A model generated the notes under the pieces. That model had not been told where the DNA came from and did not search any database. It saw nothing but the letters and a program-made list of their open reading frames with translations. Position numbers and translations under genes: made by a program. Of a stretch of 64,000 nt of DNA, positions 13,132 through 25,279 are shown one piece after another; positions within the stretch are counted from its first letter, which is position 1, and each line of letters starts with the position of its first letter. This DNA comes from Podarcis muralis (lineage: Eukaryota), in contig NC_135657.1 of assembly GCF_964188315.1 (NCBI RefSeq), positions 88,412,001 through 88,476,000 of the forward strand, in the 5' to 3' direction.

Positions 13132-13545
13132 TAATTGGATTTGTATGTCAGTTGATTTGTCAACTGTGTCCTTTTGGTCTCAATGAATTAAGTAGGAACG
13201 CTGTAGATCTTTTGAATGATATATTTCGTTGGTATTCAACTGGGTTTTACTCAGTGTAGATCCATGGAAATTAATGACTAAGTTAGGTCCATTATTTCAA
13301 TGGGTGTACATCTAGTAAGACTTAGTTGACTACTGACCATAATGACACAGCTCCAAGGGACAGACGATGCACTTGCAAGAACTTACCAACTCACTTCAAA
13401 GCAAAAGACACCTCTGTGTGTGCAAAAGGATATATGTGTGCAGCTGCACACATTAGTGAATAGGGAAATCTTTGCAAGTGCAGAGAACTTGACTTGCAGC
13501 TATTTGCTAGACTTAGACAGACACCTTTCGTCCCATTTTTTAGTT

Positions 13546-14320
13546 ACAGATAGGTAGCTGTGTTGGTCTGCCATAGTCAAAACAAAAAAATTCCTTCCAG
13601 TAGCACCTTAAAGACCAACTAAGTTAGTTCTTGGTATGAGCTTTCGTGTGCATGCACACTTCTTCAGATACACTGAAACAGAAGTTGCCAGATCCTTCTA
13701 TATAGTGAGAAGGTGGGGAGGGGTATTACTCAGAGGGGGGTGGGAATGGGTGATTGGCAGATAGCTGTGATGAGCCTGTTGACGACTCTTAACGACTGCA
13801 GTAGGTCTTACAGGAAAAAGCAAGGGGTGAGAAGGTGAAAAATGGCTTTGTTATGTATAATGAGATAAGAATCCAATGTCTTTGTTCAGGCCAGGTCTCT
13901 CCGTGGTTTTAAGTTTGGTAATGAGTTCCAATTCAGCAGCTTCTCTTTCCAGTCTATTTCTGAAATTCCTTTGTAGTAAAACAGCTACTTTGAGATCTTG
14001 TATAGAATGTTCTGGGAGATTGAAGTGTTCTCCTACTGGTTTCTCTGTCTTGTGATTCTTGATGTCAGATTTATGTCCGTTTATTCTTTGGCGTAAGGTT
14101 TGGCCTGTTTGTCCAATATAGAGAGCTGAAGGACACTGTTGGCATTTGATGGCATACACAATGTTAGACGATGAGCAATTAAATAGTCCCGAGATGGTAT
14201 GTGTGATGTTGTTGGGGCCAGTAATGGTGTTGTCCGGGTGTATGTGGCAGCAAAGTTGGCATCTGGGTTTATTGCAGGCTCTGGTGCCAGTGTCCGTGTT
14301 AAGTCTGGTTGTAGAAACTG
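13546..14320 (-). mobile_element. Penelope-like retroelement 3' fragment: GIY-YIG endonuclease plus 3' tail
   Basis: CNKPRCQLC..NIVYAIKCQQCPSALYIGQTGQTLRQRINGH..GLNKD; tail gtagcaccttaaagaccaactaag; 5' boundary approximate. Confidence 0.9.
13634..13671 (-). ncRNA. Minimal type-I hammerhead ribozyme motif in Penelope tail
   Basis: Minus strand GUAU-CUGAAGA-A-GUGUGCAUGCACAC-GAA-AGCU-C^AUAC: core intact, stem I GUAU/AUAC, palindromic stems II and III. Confidence 0.8.
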
Positions 14321-14608
14321 GGCATGGTTTAAATACGAGTAAAGTACTTGCATTATTTTGGTACCAGTCCATCTTCCGAGCCCTATTTCGTTTGAGAGTT
14401 CTGCTATCTCACTTTTTAAAAAATGTTCGCTCTAGTTTTTGGGTCTTAAATGAGAAATGGCAGGGCACAGTTTGATGATAAAGCAAGTGGGATGTGTGAC
14501 ATGATGAGATAATTCCTGGCCGTGTCCAGCCCATCTAGAATGGAATGCTTTTTGTTACGCTTACAAATATAGTCAGTAGTTGAAAATAACATCTTGTTCG
14601 TTTCTCAG

Positions 14609-14732
14609 CATTTGGAGGAGGAATGGAGTTCGAAGGCACCTGACATTCAGAAAATGATTAGCAGAGGAACAGCATTGTGCAACCTAATTAGTGCTGTGAC
14701 TTCCCCTGCAAGGTCAAGGGGAGTAAAATCAG
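14609..14732 (+). CDS. DST: Dystonin exon (HLEEEWSSKAPDIQK...GVKS), phase 0-1
   Basis: tttctcag acceptor, G|gtatgt donor; LCNLISAVTSPA. Confidence 0.92.
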
Positions 14733-14799
14733 GTATGTTCAATGGACATTTCTACGTATTTAAAAGTACACATGAACGAAATTAAATAGCTAACACAGA

Positions 14800-14801
<2 letters not shown>

Positions 14802-14851
<50 letters not shown>
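14802..14851. repeat. (CA)n(TA)n microsatellite
   Basis: Directly visible. Confidence 0.97.
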
Positions 14852-14971
14852 GATGTCTTTATTAGCTCCCTAGATCAATCCTGTGTAGTTGGGGAAACTT
14901 TATGCCAGATTGCTTTATAGACATGAATTTTAAGGTACATTAGGTCACAGGTGGTATAAGAAAAGCCTGAG

Positions 14972-15038
14972 CCATTGGTACACAGCTTGAACCCATGACC
15001 CTGAGATTCAGAGTTTCATGCTGTACCGACTGAGCTAT
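14972..15038 (-). pseudogene. Degenerate tRNA-Lys(CTT)-like sequence (pseudogene or SINE head)
   Basis: Minus strand tagctcagtcggtacagcatgaaactctgaatctcagggtcatgggttcaagc aligns to recalled tRNA-Lys-CTT; acceptor stem and anticodon mutated. Confidence 0.6.
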
Positions 15039-15054
15039 TTCAGTTTAGAAAAAT

Positions 15055-16400
15055 ACTTCTCTCTGTCACTCAATAGCATTTTTCTGTCTTCTTCACACAA
15101 GGTCCCTATTACACGATTGTTCTTTCTTCTTGCTTCAAACATACCTGAATAAGCTTTTAAAGTTATTTTTAACCTCTCTTGCAAACCTGACTTCATTCTG
15201 AGCTTTGGCCTGCCTGACCTTCTCCTTGCAACTGTTGGATACTTGTATCTACCCTTCCTTTGTGATTTCTCCTCTTTTCCATTTATAATGCATTCCCTTC
15301 TTACATCTCAGCTAATCCATCAGCTCCTTGTGCAGCCACACCAGTTTCTTTAGCTACCTCCTGCTTTTCTTTCTTGTTGGAATTGTCAGCATTTGGGCCT
15401 TTAATATTTCACCTATAATAAACTCCCATCTATCTGGGGCTCACTTATCTTTTGAGTATTTCTGACCATGGGATTTCTCCCAGTAGCTCCTTAAACTTTT
15501 TGAAACTGAGCTTCTTAAAGTCCAGAGTGCATCTCTTGACTACACTCAGCTTTCCCTTCTCCTCTGTATCATGAAACCAGGAGGGCATGATCACTTCCTC
15601 TCAAGTTTCTGAGTATTTCCACCTTGTCGATCAGTTTCTTCCTGTTGGTGAGGACCAGGTCCAATATAGATGACCCCCTTGTTGCTTCTTCTACCTTTTG
15701 GGAAATGAAATTATCAGAGAGCCAATTGTGAGATTTGTTGGACCTTAAATTCTTGGCAGAGTTTGAGTTCCAACGGATATTGGGGTAGTTGAAGTCTCCC
15801 ATGACTACTATATCTTTCCTTTTTGAATGGTTGATAATCTGCTCTAGGAAGGCTTCATTCAAGTCTTCAGTCCAAGGTCACTGTTGTTCCTTCTCCTACC
15901 ATATTTACCCATATAGTCTCATGGATCTCTTCACAAGTGTACACATCTTTTACATGTAATGCTATTTCTCCCCCCTTCCTGTTTGATCTATTCATTTTGA
16001 ATGAGTCATACCCCTCAATTCCTTCATTCCAGTCTCATTCCACCAGGTTCCAGTAATGCCTATTAGATAATATTTGCCATCCTGTATTCAGAGCTCAAGT
16101 TTTTCTTGCTTGTTTCCCATACTCTGTGCATTTGTATAGAGACAACTGAAACCATGAGTCATTTTTCGGCACACTACTGCCTCTGTCCTCTGTAGAAAGT
16201 CACCTGCTACCACCACACATCTCCCCCTTCTTTGGGGAGGAGCATGAATTGTTTTGTACGCTGTACCTTCTACTACCACCTCAGTGTGTTCTGAGGTCTG
16301 CAGCCACTGTACTTGCTCCTCTGGCTGAGAATTTCCAAACCTCTTCATCTTATGATGAAAATTCTGCCTCCAGTCCCATTTTAGAGTGTTCCCAGATGCT
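15055..16400 (-). mobile_element. CR1 LINE relic: part of ORF1 plus ORF2 endonuclease, no RT
   Basis: CLYTNAQSMGNKQ, VVMGDFNYP, EATRGSSILDLVLTN, GSDH motifs; ORF1 esterase-like VVVAGDFLQRTEAVVCR; several disruptions. Confidence 0.85.
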
Positions 16401-18351
16401 AGCTTTCCATGCTCCTGACTCAGGTCTCAATGCACAGTTCAGAGTTCAGGCAGTGTGCTGTGAAAACGCAGGTAGCATGAGTACCATATGACCCATGCAG
16501 GTTGTGCCACTTCCTGCTAGCTGTATGGGTTATCAGAACAGTGTAGACTGAAAACCTCGGTTTGTGTGCACTTTGGAGATCAGATCCTCTTTATCAAAAA
16601 GAAGTGTAGCTTATCCTCCTAAATCAGAGCAATTTCCATTTTTTAGTATGGACTAATGAATCCAGCAGTAAAGGGCAAGTAACTTCAGAGAAAGTACTGC
16701 TCTAATATAGAAAATTTATATGCTGCTTGTTCAGAAAAATCAAAAATCAAATCATGTGTCTGGAGAGCCTTGCTACAACAGAAAAGTTTTCAGTAGGTAT
16801 ATAAAACAGTATTGTGAAGGAACCTGCTTAATGCCAACAGACAGGGAGTTTCAGAAGACAGGTGCTGCTATGCTAAAGGAATGATTTCTCTTAAATGTCG
16901 AATGAACATTGTGTGGCACTTGTAAATGTGAAGTAAGCAAATAGGCACATTTGGGGTAGGGCAATTCTTTAAGTATACTGGTCCCAAGTTGTTAATAATT
17001 ACAGACAGTAATTTTTAGTATTCGTACCAACAGAACTTTGTGTACTTGAAATAATGTTATTTTAAAAGGGTGAAATATCTGTTCAGAATTTGCTTACTAC
17101 ATGTGTTAATCATTTCTTTATTGGGTTCATTATGAGTGAGTTCAAGTACCCTGAGTTTTGTGCCAATGATAAATGTTTCCCTCATGGGAAATATAGAAAA
17201 GTCTCAGTATCTTAGTATGTGACCATCTCACTTACTTGGCTGACTTACTTGCTCTCACCATTTCCCAGCTGCCATTAGGCTAGCACTCACTTTCCAGCTG
17301 GTGGTGAGGGGTGAATGCTTGGCCTTCTCCAAGGCAACCATTAATTCTACTCCATTAAATAATCATCTTCAGGCTCTCTACTTACATAGACATACAGTAG
17401 ATTCTACTTAGCGCTCTTATTCCCTTCATAAATAATGGGTACTCATGAAATTGCCTGTGGAACAGCTAAAAGGGGGGCAGGGTTTCTGAAGTTAAATTCA
17501 CAGTGTGGAAAATCTGTAAACAGAAAACAAAGTTTTACACCAAAATTTAACTTTGGAAACCCTCTCATTCCGCATTTTGTCTGTTCTAAATCAGTGTACC
17601 ACAAATGTTTTGGGGTCCTTGTTCCACAATGCATGGAATCACAGAACTGCAACTACATGAAATATTGTGAACTGCTGACTTAAGGCACGTTTCATTCAAA
17701 ATTTTAGACATGGCTACTGATAACAGCTCAGAACAAGTTCTGTTTATACCAATTCAGTTATGCTGGGCACAAATATGTATTATATTTTCCTTTAAAATGT
17801 TTAGAACGGGCAATCTGCAATCAGAGAGTGATTGGGCTCCAAATTCCAAGCTGCAAATAATGGATACATGTGCCTTTCACAATTAGCCTGCAGCAGTGTT
17901 ATTTTATCCTTAGGGCAGCTTCTCACAAAAGGCTTTGTACACAAGTATTTCTGCCAAAGTTATAATGTCATGATGATATTAGCATGTATCTTTATGTTTA
18001 CAGTTATGACAGCACTTCGGTTGAGCTGATTTGGGACTGATTTTGTAAAAATATCCTAAAAATTTTGTTGTTATGAAGATCCCACTTACAACTAGTCTAC
18101 TCTTAAACTACTAAGACCAGTGTGACAAACATGACAGTCTTAGACCTTGGTTTTACGTTTTTATTGTTGTAAATCTCCCTCTCTCACTCACACACAAATA
18201 TGCAGTATACAAATATTTTTATAAATAAAAATAAAAGAAAGAATTGGCTTCAACACACTGCTCAACACACACTCATTGGGTGTTTTAGGCAAGTCATGCT
18301 ATGACTGCATTCACATGTCACACTAAACCATAATTTACCATAACATAAATG

Positions 18352-18708
18352 AGGATGCGGGTGGTGCTGTGGGTTAAATCACAGAGCCTAGGACTTGCTG
18401 ATCAGAAGGTCGGTGGTTCGAATCCCCGCAACGGGGTGAGCTCCCATTGCTCTGTCCCTGCTCCTGCCAACCTAGCAGTTCAAAAGCATGTCAAAGTGCA
18501 AGTAGATAAATAGGTACCGCTCTGGCGGGAAGGTAAACGGTGTTTCCATGTGCTGCTCTGGTTCGCCAGAAGCGGCTTAGTCATGCTGGCCACATGACCC
18601 AGAAGCTGTATGCTGGCTCCCTCGGCCAATAAAGCGAGATGAGCGCCGCAACCCCAGAGTCAGTCACGACTGGACCTAATGGTCAGGGGTCCCTTTACCT
18701 TTACCTTT
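18352..18708 (+). mobile_element. Sauria SINE, full length, subfamily B
   Basis: gatgcgggtggtgctgtggg head, ggttcgaatcc B-box, (ACCTTT)n tail, TSD taaatgag. Confidence 0.9.
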
Positions 18709-19298
18709 AAATGAGCCTAGGTGAGCCTTGTTCTCACATACTCCTCTTTCCCCACAATTTATTGTATTGTCTGGACCTAAACATTTTGTTAGCATTAACT
18801 ATGGTTGGTGGTATCTGAACATTACCCCCCATGGAGCAAATAGCAGCTTTAATGGGGGTGATTTTCATGGGGAAAATGGCACTGGGGAAAGGGTTAAACC
18901 ATTACTTCCTAGCACCATGATTCCAGTGAGACACACACATCTCTGAGGCTGTTCTTCTAAAATGCAGTGGGAGAGCTGTTCACCTGCCTATGCTACATCT
19001 AGTTTGGCCCTTAAATTGGTTTGAAATGGGATCAAATACTTCCATAGTGTCTGAACAATGAGGGAAGAACCCAACATTGCATTATGGTGATTGTTCCATC
19101 AGGGCAAGCTTGCCAGATGGAATGATCCCTCCTCTCCCCTGCTTACTGTTCCAGGGGTTCTCTTGACCTGCCCTGAGCCAGTTGGGGAACATGTGTGGGG
19201 GAGACTCCATAATGCAAGTGGAAGTCCTTGCTCGGGGCTTCTGCTGACTGAATTCATTAGTTGAATCCTGCTCTAAATCTCTAATCTCTCTCTTTCAG

Positions 19299-19367
19299 CT
19301 GTAAGCGGAACAGTATTAAATGGTGAAGGAGCAGCTACAGGTACCCAGGGATTCCTAACAAACAAAG
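19299..19367 (+). CDS. DST: Dystonin 69-nt linker exon (AVSGTVLNGEGAATGTQGFLTNK), phase 1-1
   Basis: ctctctttcag acceptor, G|gtgact donor; VLNGEG matches recalled DST linker; bridges phases of 14732 and 20678. Confidence 0.85.
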
Positions 19368-20099
19368 GTGACTAATAATGGCTCACTTAAATACATAATT
19401 CTTGTGAGCAAGCATAAGATGTTTATAATTTGTCCCATTTTAATAGAATTTTCTAAATAACAGTCAAGACCCCCTATTTAGCTGGAGTCTTCTACACTTT
19501 GACATATATATGTCTATGTATATGCATGCATCCGGTTAATTCAACTTCTGTCTGGTTTCAGTGGGTGAACTAGTGATTGTGGTTAATTGAGAGCCAAGAC
19601 AAGATAAGGAGTTATTTCTTGGCTTTTTAATCCATTAAGAATTAATAATGAGTAGCAACAGTAGCAAGGTTGTTATCTCTAGTAGGTGGAGTTCACTGTT
19701 TTTAAGAAGTGACTTGACTATCAAGTGACCCAAGATAACATATGAATATAAGAAGCTGCTTATACTGGAGAGCCAAAGTAGATGTGACATTGGAGATATG
19801 TGGAGTCTCTCACACCATTCATTTGAACTTTACTTCAGCTAAAAGGGAGGAGGGAAGCAGCGGGGTGTGTGTGTGTGATGTTCATTGAAAAAGGACAGAT
19901 TTCCCCTTTCCCACTAACTATTCCAATCCAATTTAGATTTCCACAGCTGCCCTCAAGGGGAAAATAAAATTAGAAGACACTCCATGTATCTCCCATTTTG
20001 CCTCTACTTTGGCCTTGAGTTAGAACATTGGAACCATCCAAACGGGTAGAATTCAGAAAGGCCCCAAACAGACTAACCTCTTATATTATTGTGTTTGGC

Positions 20100-20171
20100 C
20101 TGCCTAGCTGTTATCATCCTGAGCCTCATTCTTGACTGCCTAGCTGTTATCATCCTGAGCCTCATTCTTGA
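20100..20171. repeat. Perfect 36-bp tandem duplication
   Basis: ctgcctagctgttatcatcctgagcctcattcttga twice. Confidence 0.95.
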
Positions 20172-20677
20172 ATCCTTTGCATGTGTTAACAGAAAACAGC
20201 AGAAGTATATATTTAAAATTAACAGGCATGGTTTTTAAGGTTTATTTTAATCAAAAATTAGCATGCACACATCGTACTATAGCAGGCTCTAGAACACTTC
20301 AGTTTTCCTAAGAAATCAGATGTTGAAATTAGGATGGTGATAACTAGCTGTGTTCCAACACCCTTAAATTAGAAACCAAAATAATGCTTGTCTTCATGCA
20401 GGATTTTCTTTCAGAAGTCCTTATACAATACAGTATTTCTGTACAAAAAAAAATAAAAAATCCACTGTCATCAGCCTGGTGAATGGTTCATTCTTTCTTA
20501 ATCTACTAATATTGGGGTATCAACTTTGTAGGAAAGAAATGACTGTAACCAATTATTCTAGTTATTATTTCATGGAAGGATTAAAAACTTTTAATGTATA
20601 ATCTTTGCATCCTTTCTTGCTGTCACGACTAGTAAAATAATAATAATAATAACAATGTATGTCCACCTCTCTTGCAG

Positions 20678-20913
20678 AAGTGACCACTGTCCAACACAAC
20701 ATGTCAACTGTAAGCCATAGTTATGATGATTTGGGAGCTGTACTGAAGGAAAAAATATCAGAACTGGAATCCACTCTTTCAAATATGCAAAACATTCAAA
20801 GAGAATCAAATTCAATGATGGAATGGTTACAGAATATGGACACTGCTGCAGCCAAATGGGAAGCAACTCTTATTGACAGTGAGGCTGTTAAAGAGCAAGT
20901 CGATCAACACAAG
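20678..20913 (+). CDS. DST: Dystonin exon (EVTTVQHNM...QVDQHK), phase 1-0
   Basis: cttgcag acceptor (CAG-AAG tandem), AAG|gtagtt donor. Confidence 0.9.
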
Positions 20914-21235
20914 GTAGTTTCTGTCTCCCCCTCTGTTCAAAACTATCAATTAAGCATAATTAATTTTTAAAGTGAGCTTCCTGTTCATATTAATGGACAG
21001 GGTCTGTTTAATAATGTATGTAACAGTGCAACCATATATTAGCACTTTGTACTGACGCCTTATGGAAATACAATAAAAAACATCTTATCAGGCATAGGAT
21101 CAGAAGTCAGATTGCATACCTGTGATAAAATGTATCAGAGCTGCCTAAACAGATTAAGAGATCATCTCAATGAAACACTGCTTCTGCCAAACACTTTGTT
21201 TTTTATGTATTCTCTAACATGTTCATTCTTCATAG

Positions 21236-21365
21236 CTATTTGAAACAGAATTGAAACAGAATGAGAATAAAGTGCAAGAACTGAAGGATAGAGTGACAGA
21301 GCTATTGGAGAAGAACCCGGACTCTCCTGAGGCACCGAAATGGAAACAGATGTTGGATAAAATAG
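21236..21365 (+). CDS. DST: Dystonin exon ([17 protein letters not shown]...MLDKI), phase 0-1
   Basis: cttcatag acceptor, G|gtatgg donor, 130 nt; hand-translated. Confidence 0.93.
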
Positions 21366-22115
21366 GTATGGCAGGTTTTATTTTGCAGTGTAGGAGAGGG
21401 TCAATGATCTAACATTTGGCAAAACAAAACATAGATTGAATGTCTGCGATCTTTGGAGAGAAGGATTGCACCTCATCCACATGACATACTAGAAAACTCT
21501 TCTGGACATGCTTTTGTTCATACATGACTACTGGATTATGAGGTTTGGTCTATCCTATCAGATCTTATATTTTAAAAGGCATTGGCCAGAGCCACATGTC
21601 AGGATAAAACAGCTCATGGGAACTATCATCCATGGCTTAACGTTGCGTCCAACCCAGGGATTTTGGTTTGCTTAACTCAAACAAACCACAATTCGGAAGT
21701 CAAGCATAAACCTTGGATTTTCATTGTGGTTTGTTTGGACTGAAACAAACGCACCATCCCTGGTTTTTATATAATATTAAGCCAGGGCTTGTGGTTTGTT
21801 CCTCCCACTTGCGAAATCAGAATCCCCAGCTTGGCATTTGAAAAAAAGCTCTGCTGTCTGTTTGCCAAAGCTTGTTCTCGGTTTCTTGATTGTGGCCTGT
21901 GTGAGCAAACCAAACCAAGACCCCCAGGTTGGGTGTAAAGCTAAGCCCAGGGATCATGGTTTGTTCCTCCCCCTTGTTCTAGTAGAGAAGTACAGCGGGA
22001 ACCATCTGCATGTCCACAGCAAACCACTGCCATTGTTTATTTGTTTGACAGTTTCATGTGAAATTACTACGATTATCATGCAGTTTTACAAAATATTCCA
22101 TTCATTTTTTCACAG

Positions 22116-22315
22116 ATTCCAAATGGAGGGAACTCAGCCAGGTAACAGCTGACAGACAGAAAAAACTGGAAGAGTCATCAAATTACCTGACCCAGTTCCA
22201 GGCAACCGAGGCTCAGTTGAAACAGTGGCTGGTAGAAAAAGAATTAATGGTCAGCGTGCTTGGACCACTGTCAATTGATCCAAATATGTTGAACACGCAG
22301 AAGCAGCAAGTTCAG
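22116..22315 (+). CDS. DST: Dystonin exon (DSKWRELSQ...QKQQVQ), phase 1-0
   Basis: tttcacag acceptor, CAG|gtgagc donor; [25 protein letters not shown]. Confidence 0.95.
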
Positions 22316-23667
22316 GTGAGCATTTGGTCCCATTGCATATTATTTGTAGAAAGATGCTTGTGCTTCCTGGATTGAAAACACTGCTATTGTGGAGCCATCA
22401 CCAATTTGGTTTATCCTTTTTTTTTGGCAGAGTGTAGTTCTGAAAACAAATATGAAGGCACCAAACAACAATCAGTTTTCTTAAAAAAAAATGGAACTAA
22501 TAATGTTAATAATGACAAAAAAGGGGCTTCTATGTGGTGAGAGAAGTGCAGCTAGAGGTTAAAGTTTTCAGCAGGGGGAAATGAATGCTAGCGCCTTTCT
22601 TCTATGACCCTGTGCATATATAAACAAGTATCAATCACACGTGAATTACAAAATATTCCACACTCACGACCAGTATAGATATTGGAAAGGAAATATGGGG
22701 TCTCACTGTTGTCTTTTCTTCCTAATGCTGTTTCATGGTATGTGATGACACTTGGAAGTGCAGTAGGAGGTGCTTAATCTTTTGCCCACTCACTGATTCT
22801 TCCTTCCAAATACTCCCACATATAATTTCCCCCTTCAGCGCACACACAGGCTTCCAAAATCAGGAGTGAGCTTTGACTGGGGGGAAAAACAACCTGGATT
22901 TGTTTGCTTTTTGCAGGGGAGAATGAGGACATGTGGGAGAGTTTGAGCACCCCTACCCACCATTCCTCCCCACCAAGTACCCACCCCTTCCCACTTCCCA
23001 TTATTTTGATAGACATGGAACTGGAAGCACTCGTTTGATGGTCTTCTGCTCTTAGAACTGTCTTCTAAGAAGTTTTCTTCCGCTTTTAGAAGTCAAGCGG
23101 GAAAGCTAATGACTAGACATAGTAAACCCTTGGAGCAGTGGGCTGTAGGGGCTTGTTTGGCCCTCAGCATTCATGGTTCCATAAATTGCAGTGAAACAAA
23201 TGTGCACTTTAATTGAGAAGTATTGTTTGAGGTGATGTCCGATGAGATAAAAACCACAGTATTTAATCTGTGGTGACTGCTTCATCCACACGTGTCAATG
23301 CTCAGGTTGATTGATTTAACACGTGTCTCAAAGCAGGAGATTAGGTCATGCAAATCAGATGTTTTCCAAGGTGCCTCTTTATCCTTAGTGATAGTATATG
23401 CATGGTGGAGTTGACGCAGGGTGCACCTGCTCTTCCACATCATGGGTTGCAGTACTGGATCAGCAGGTTGTCTGAACCAGACGTAAGGGATAAATATGAA
23501 TATATTAACCTACCTTAAAGCGATATTGGCAGAATGCCTTTTATTTTTACGACCAAGAGCTATTTCATGTACTCATCAGCCTAGGATGCTACACTAGGTA
23601 AATGGCTAGTCCAGTTTGTCATATCTGTGTTTCCTTACGCTTTCCTGAAATTACTTTCTCTCATCAG

Positions 23668-24163
23668 ATTCTGCTCAATGAGTTTGACACTCGAAAACCC
23701 CAGTATGAGCAGCTGAATACAGCAGGACAAGCGATAATGAAGAGACCAGGTGAACACCCACCTTCTCACGAAATGGTGAAGCAGCAACTGGCCGCTGTGG
23801 CGCAGAAATGGGATGGCTTAACCGGACAGCTGAGTGACCGATGCAACCGAATCGACCAAGCCATTGTCAAAAGCACAGAATATCAAAGCTGCCTGAAAAG
23901 CCTTTCTGAGAAGCTTAGTGTCTTGGATGATAAACTGAACAGCAGCCTGGCTATAAGTACAGACCCTGATTCTGTGAAGCGGCAGCTGGAAGTGGCCAGA
24001 GAAGTGAAAGAAGAAATTGAACGGGAAATGCCAAAGAGAAAGGCTGCTCAAGCTCTGTGCGAGGAATTGTCTGCACTGGTGGCAGAAGATTACTTGAAAG
24101 CTGAGCTAGCTAGGCAGTTGGATGGCATCTTAAAACCCTTTCACGATATGGAACAAAAAGCAG
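23668..24163 (+). CDS. DST: Dystonin exon ([16 protein letters not shown]...MEQKA), phase 0-1
   Basis: tctcatcag acceptor, G|gtttgt donor, 496 nt. Confidence 0.95.
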
Positions 24164-24553
24164 GTTTGTTAACATCATCATCATTTTTTATTTGTACGCC
24201 ACCTTTCCACAGTTAAAAAAACAATGCTCAAGGTGGCTTACAGCATGACAAGATTTACATAATTACAAAAGTCATAAACAAATAAATAAACCACATCAAA
24301 TGAGATGAGATGATATTGAGGGCCTAGATTCTATGAATGGGTGGGTGAGAATAGCTGCATATTTATAGACTGTGCCAGTTGTTTGAATCTTTTAAGATAT
24401 CAAATGACATGTGATTGACAGTAGATTGTATATGTGAGGGATTCACACATTGTAAATTAATGCTTCTATGTGAAATTTATGTAGGGAAAATACATGTATT
24501 TCTCCAACATTTATGTATTTGTCTTGACCATGCTACAGTTTCAGACAGTCTTA

Positions 24554-24809
24554 GGGTTCATCCACACTTCTATATGCCCTGCCGCTTTCCCCTGGAGAAA
24601 TTGGTGGTTTAGTGCTGAATCAGAACACACGGCAAAACCTGATTGCCATTTGTTCCGTTTAGCACTAAAGGGTGGGTTTTCCAGGGAAAAGTGACAGGGC
24701 AAAGCTGCTTGGATCCATGCTTTCCAGGCCTGGAAACTGAATTAGCTAGGCAAGCAGAAAACTGCTTGGACCCGTGCTTTCTAGGCACAGGACAAGAATG
24801 GATGAGCCC
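24554..24809. mobile_element. PIF/Harbinger-type MITE
   Basis: TTA|gggttcatccacactt ... aatggatgagccc|TTA; 3-bp TWA TSD. Confidence 0.65.
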
Positions 24810-25279
24810 TTACTTTGGGGGTGGGGGTGTTTTAGACTCAACAAGGGAGTCCCAACAGGAGTTCTGTAAAGTTGTAACAGGACTGGCAGTGATCTTTGGA
24901 AGCATTTTATCTCAATGACTGTTGAGGGATTACTGCAAGCTTTACTGTTCATAGTGCATGTCGTTTATGTTTATGATGTTTATAGTGGCACTAGTGATCA
25001 TACTATCCTGGTTACCTGATTAGTTCCCCACCCTCAAGAATCCCTTGTTGTCAAGGGATTATTATTATCAAGGGGTTATTATTTTAGGCTGCAATACTAT
25101 TATTTCCCAAGCTGGTGGTCTGCAATAAACACTTCAGCTAACATGCTCCAATCTAAAATGGCAATAGGGTGCATTTTCCTATAACATAATGTTTCTCCTT
25201 GATTGAAATAACATCAACCAAAATCCTAGTTAGAAGCCACTCAGAGACATGGATTTTAAGAACTTTTGTTTGTTTGCAG

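Noticed and set aside
23555-23585. Hammerhead-like CTGATGA...GAAA on the minus strand
   Set aside because: Stem II lacks the closing pair, stem I does not form, and there is no Penelope context.
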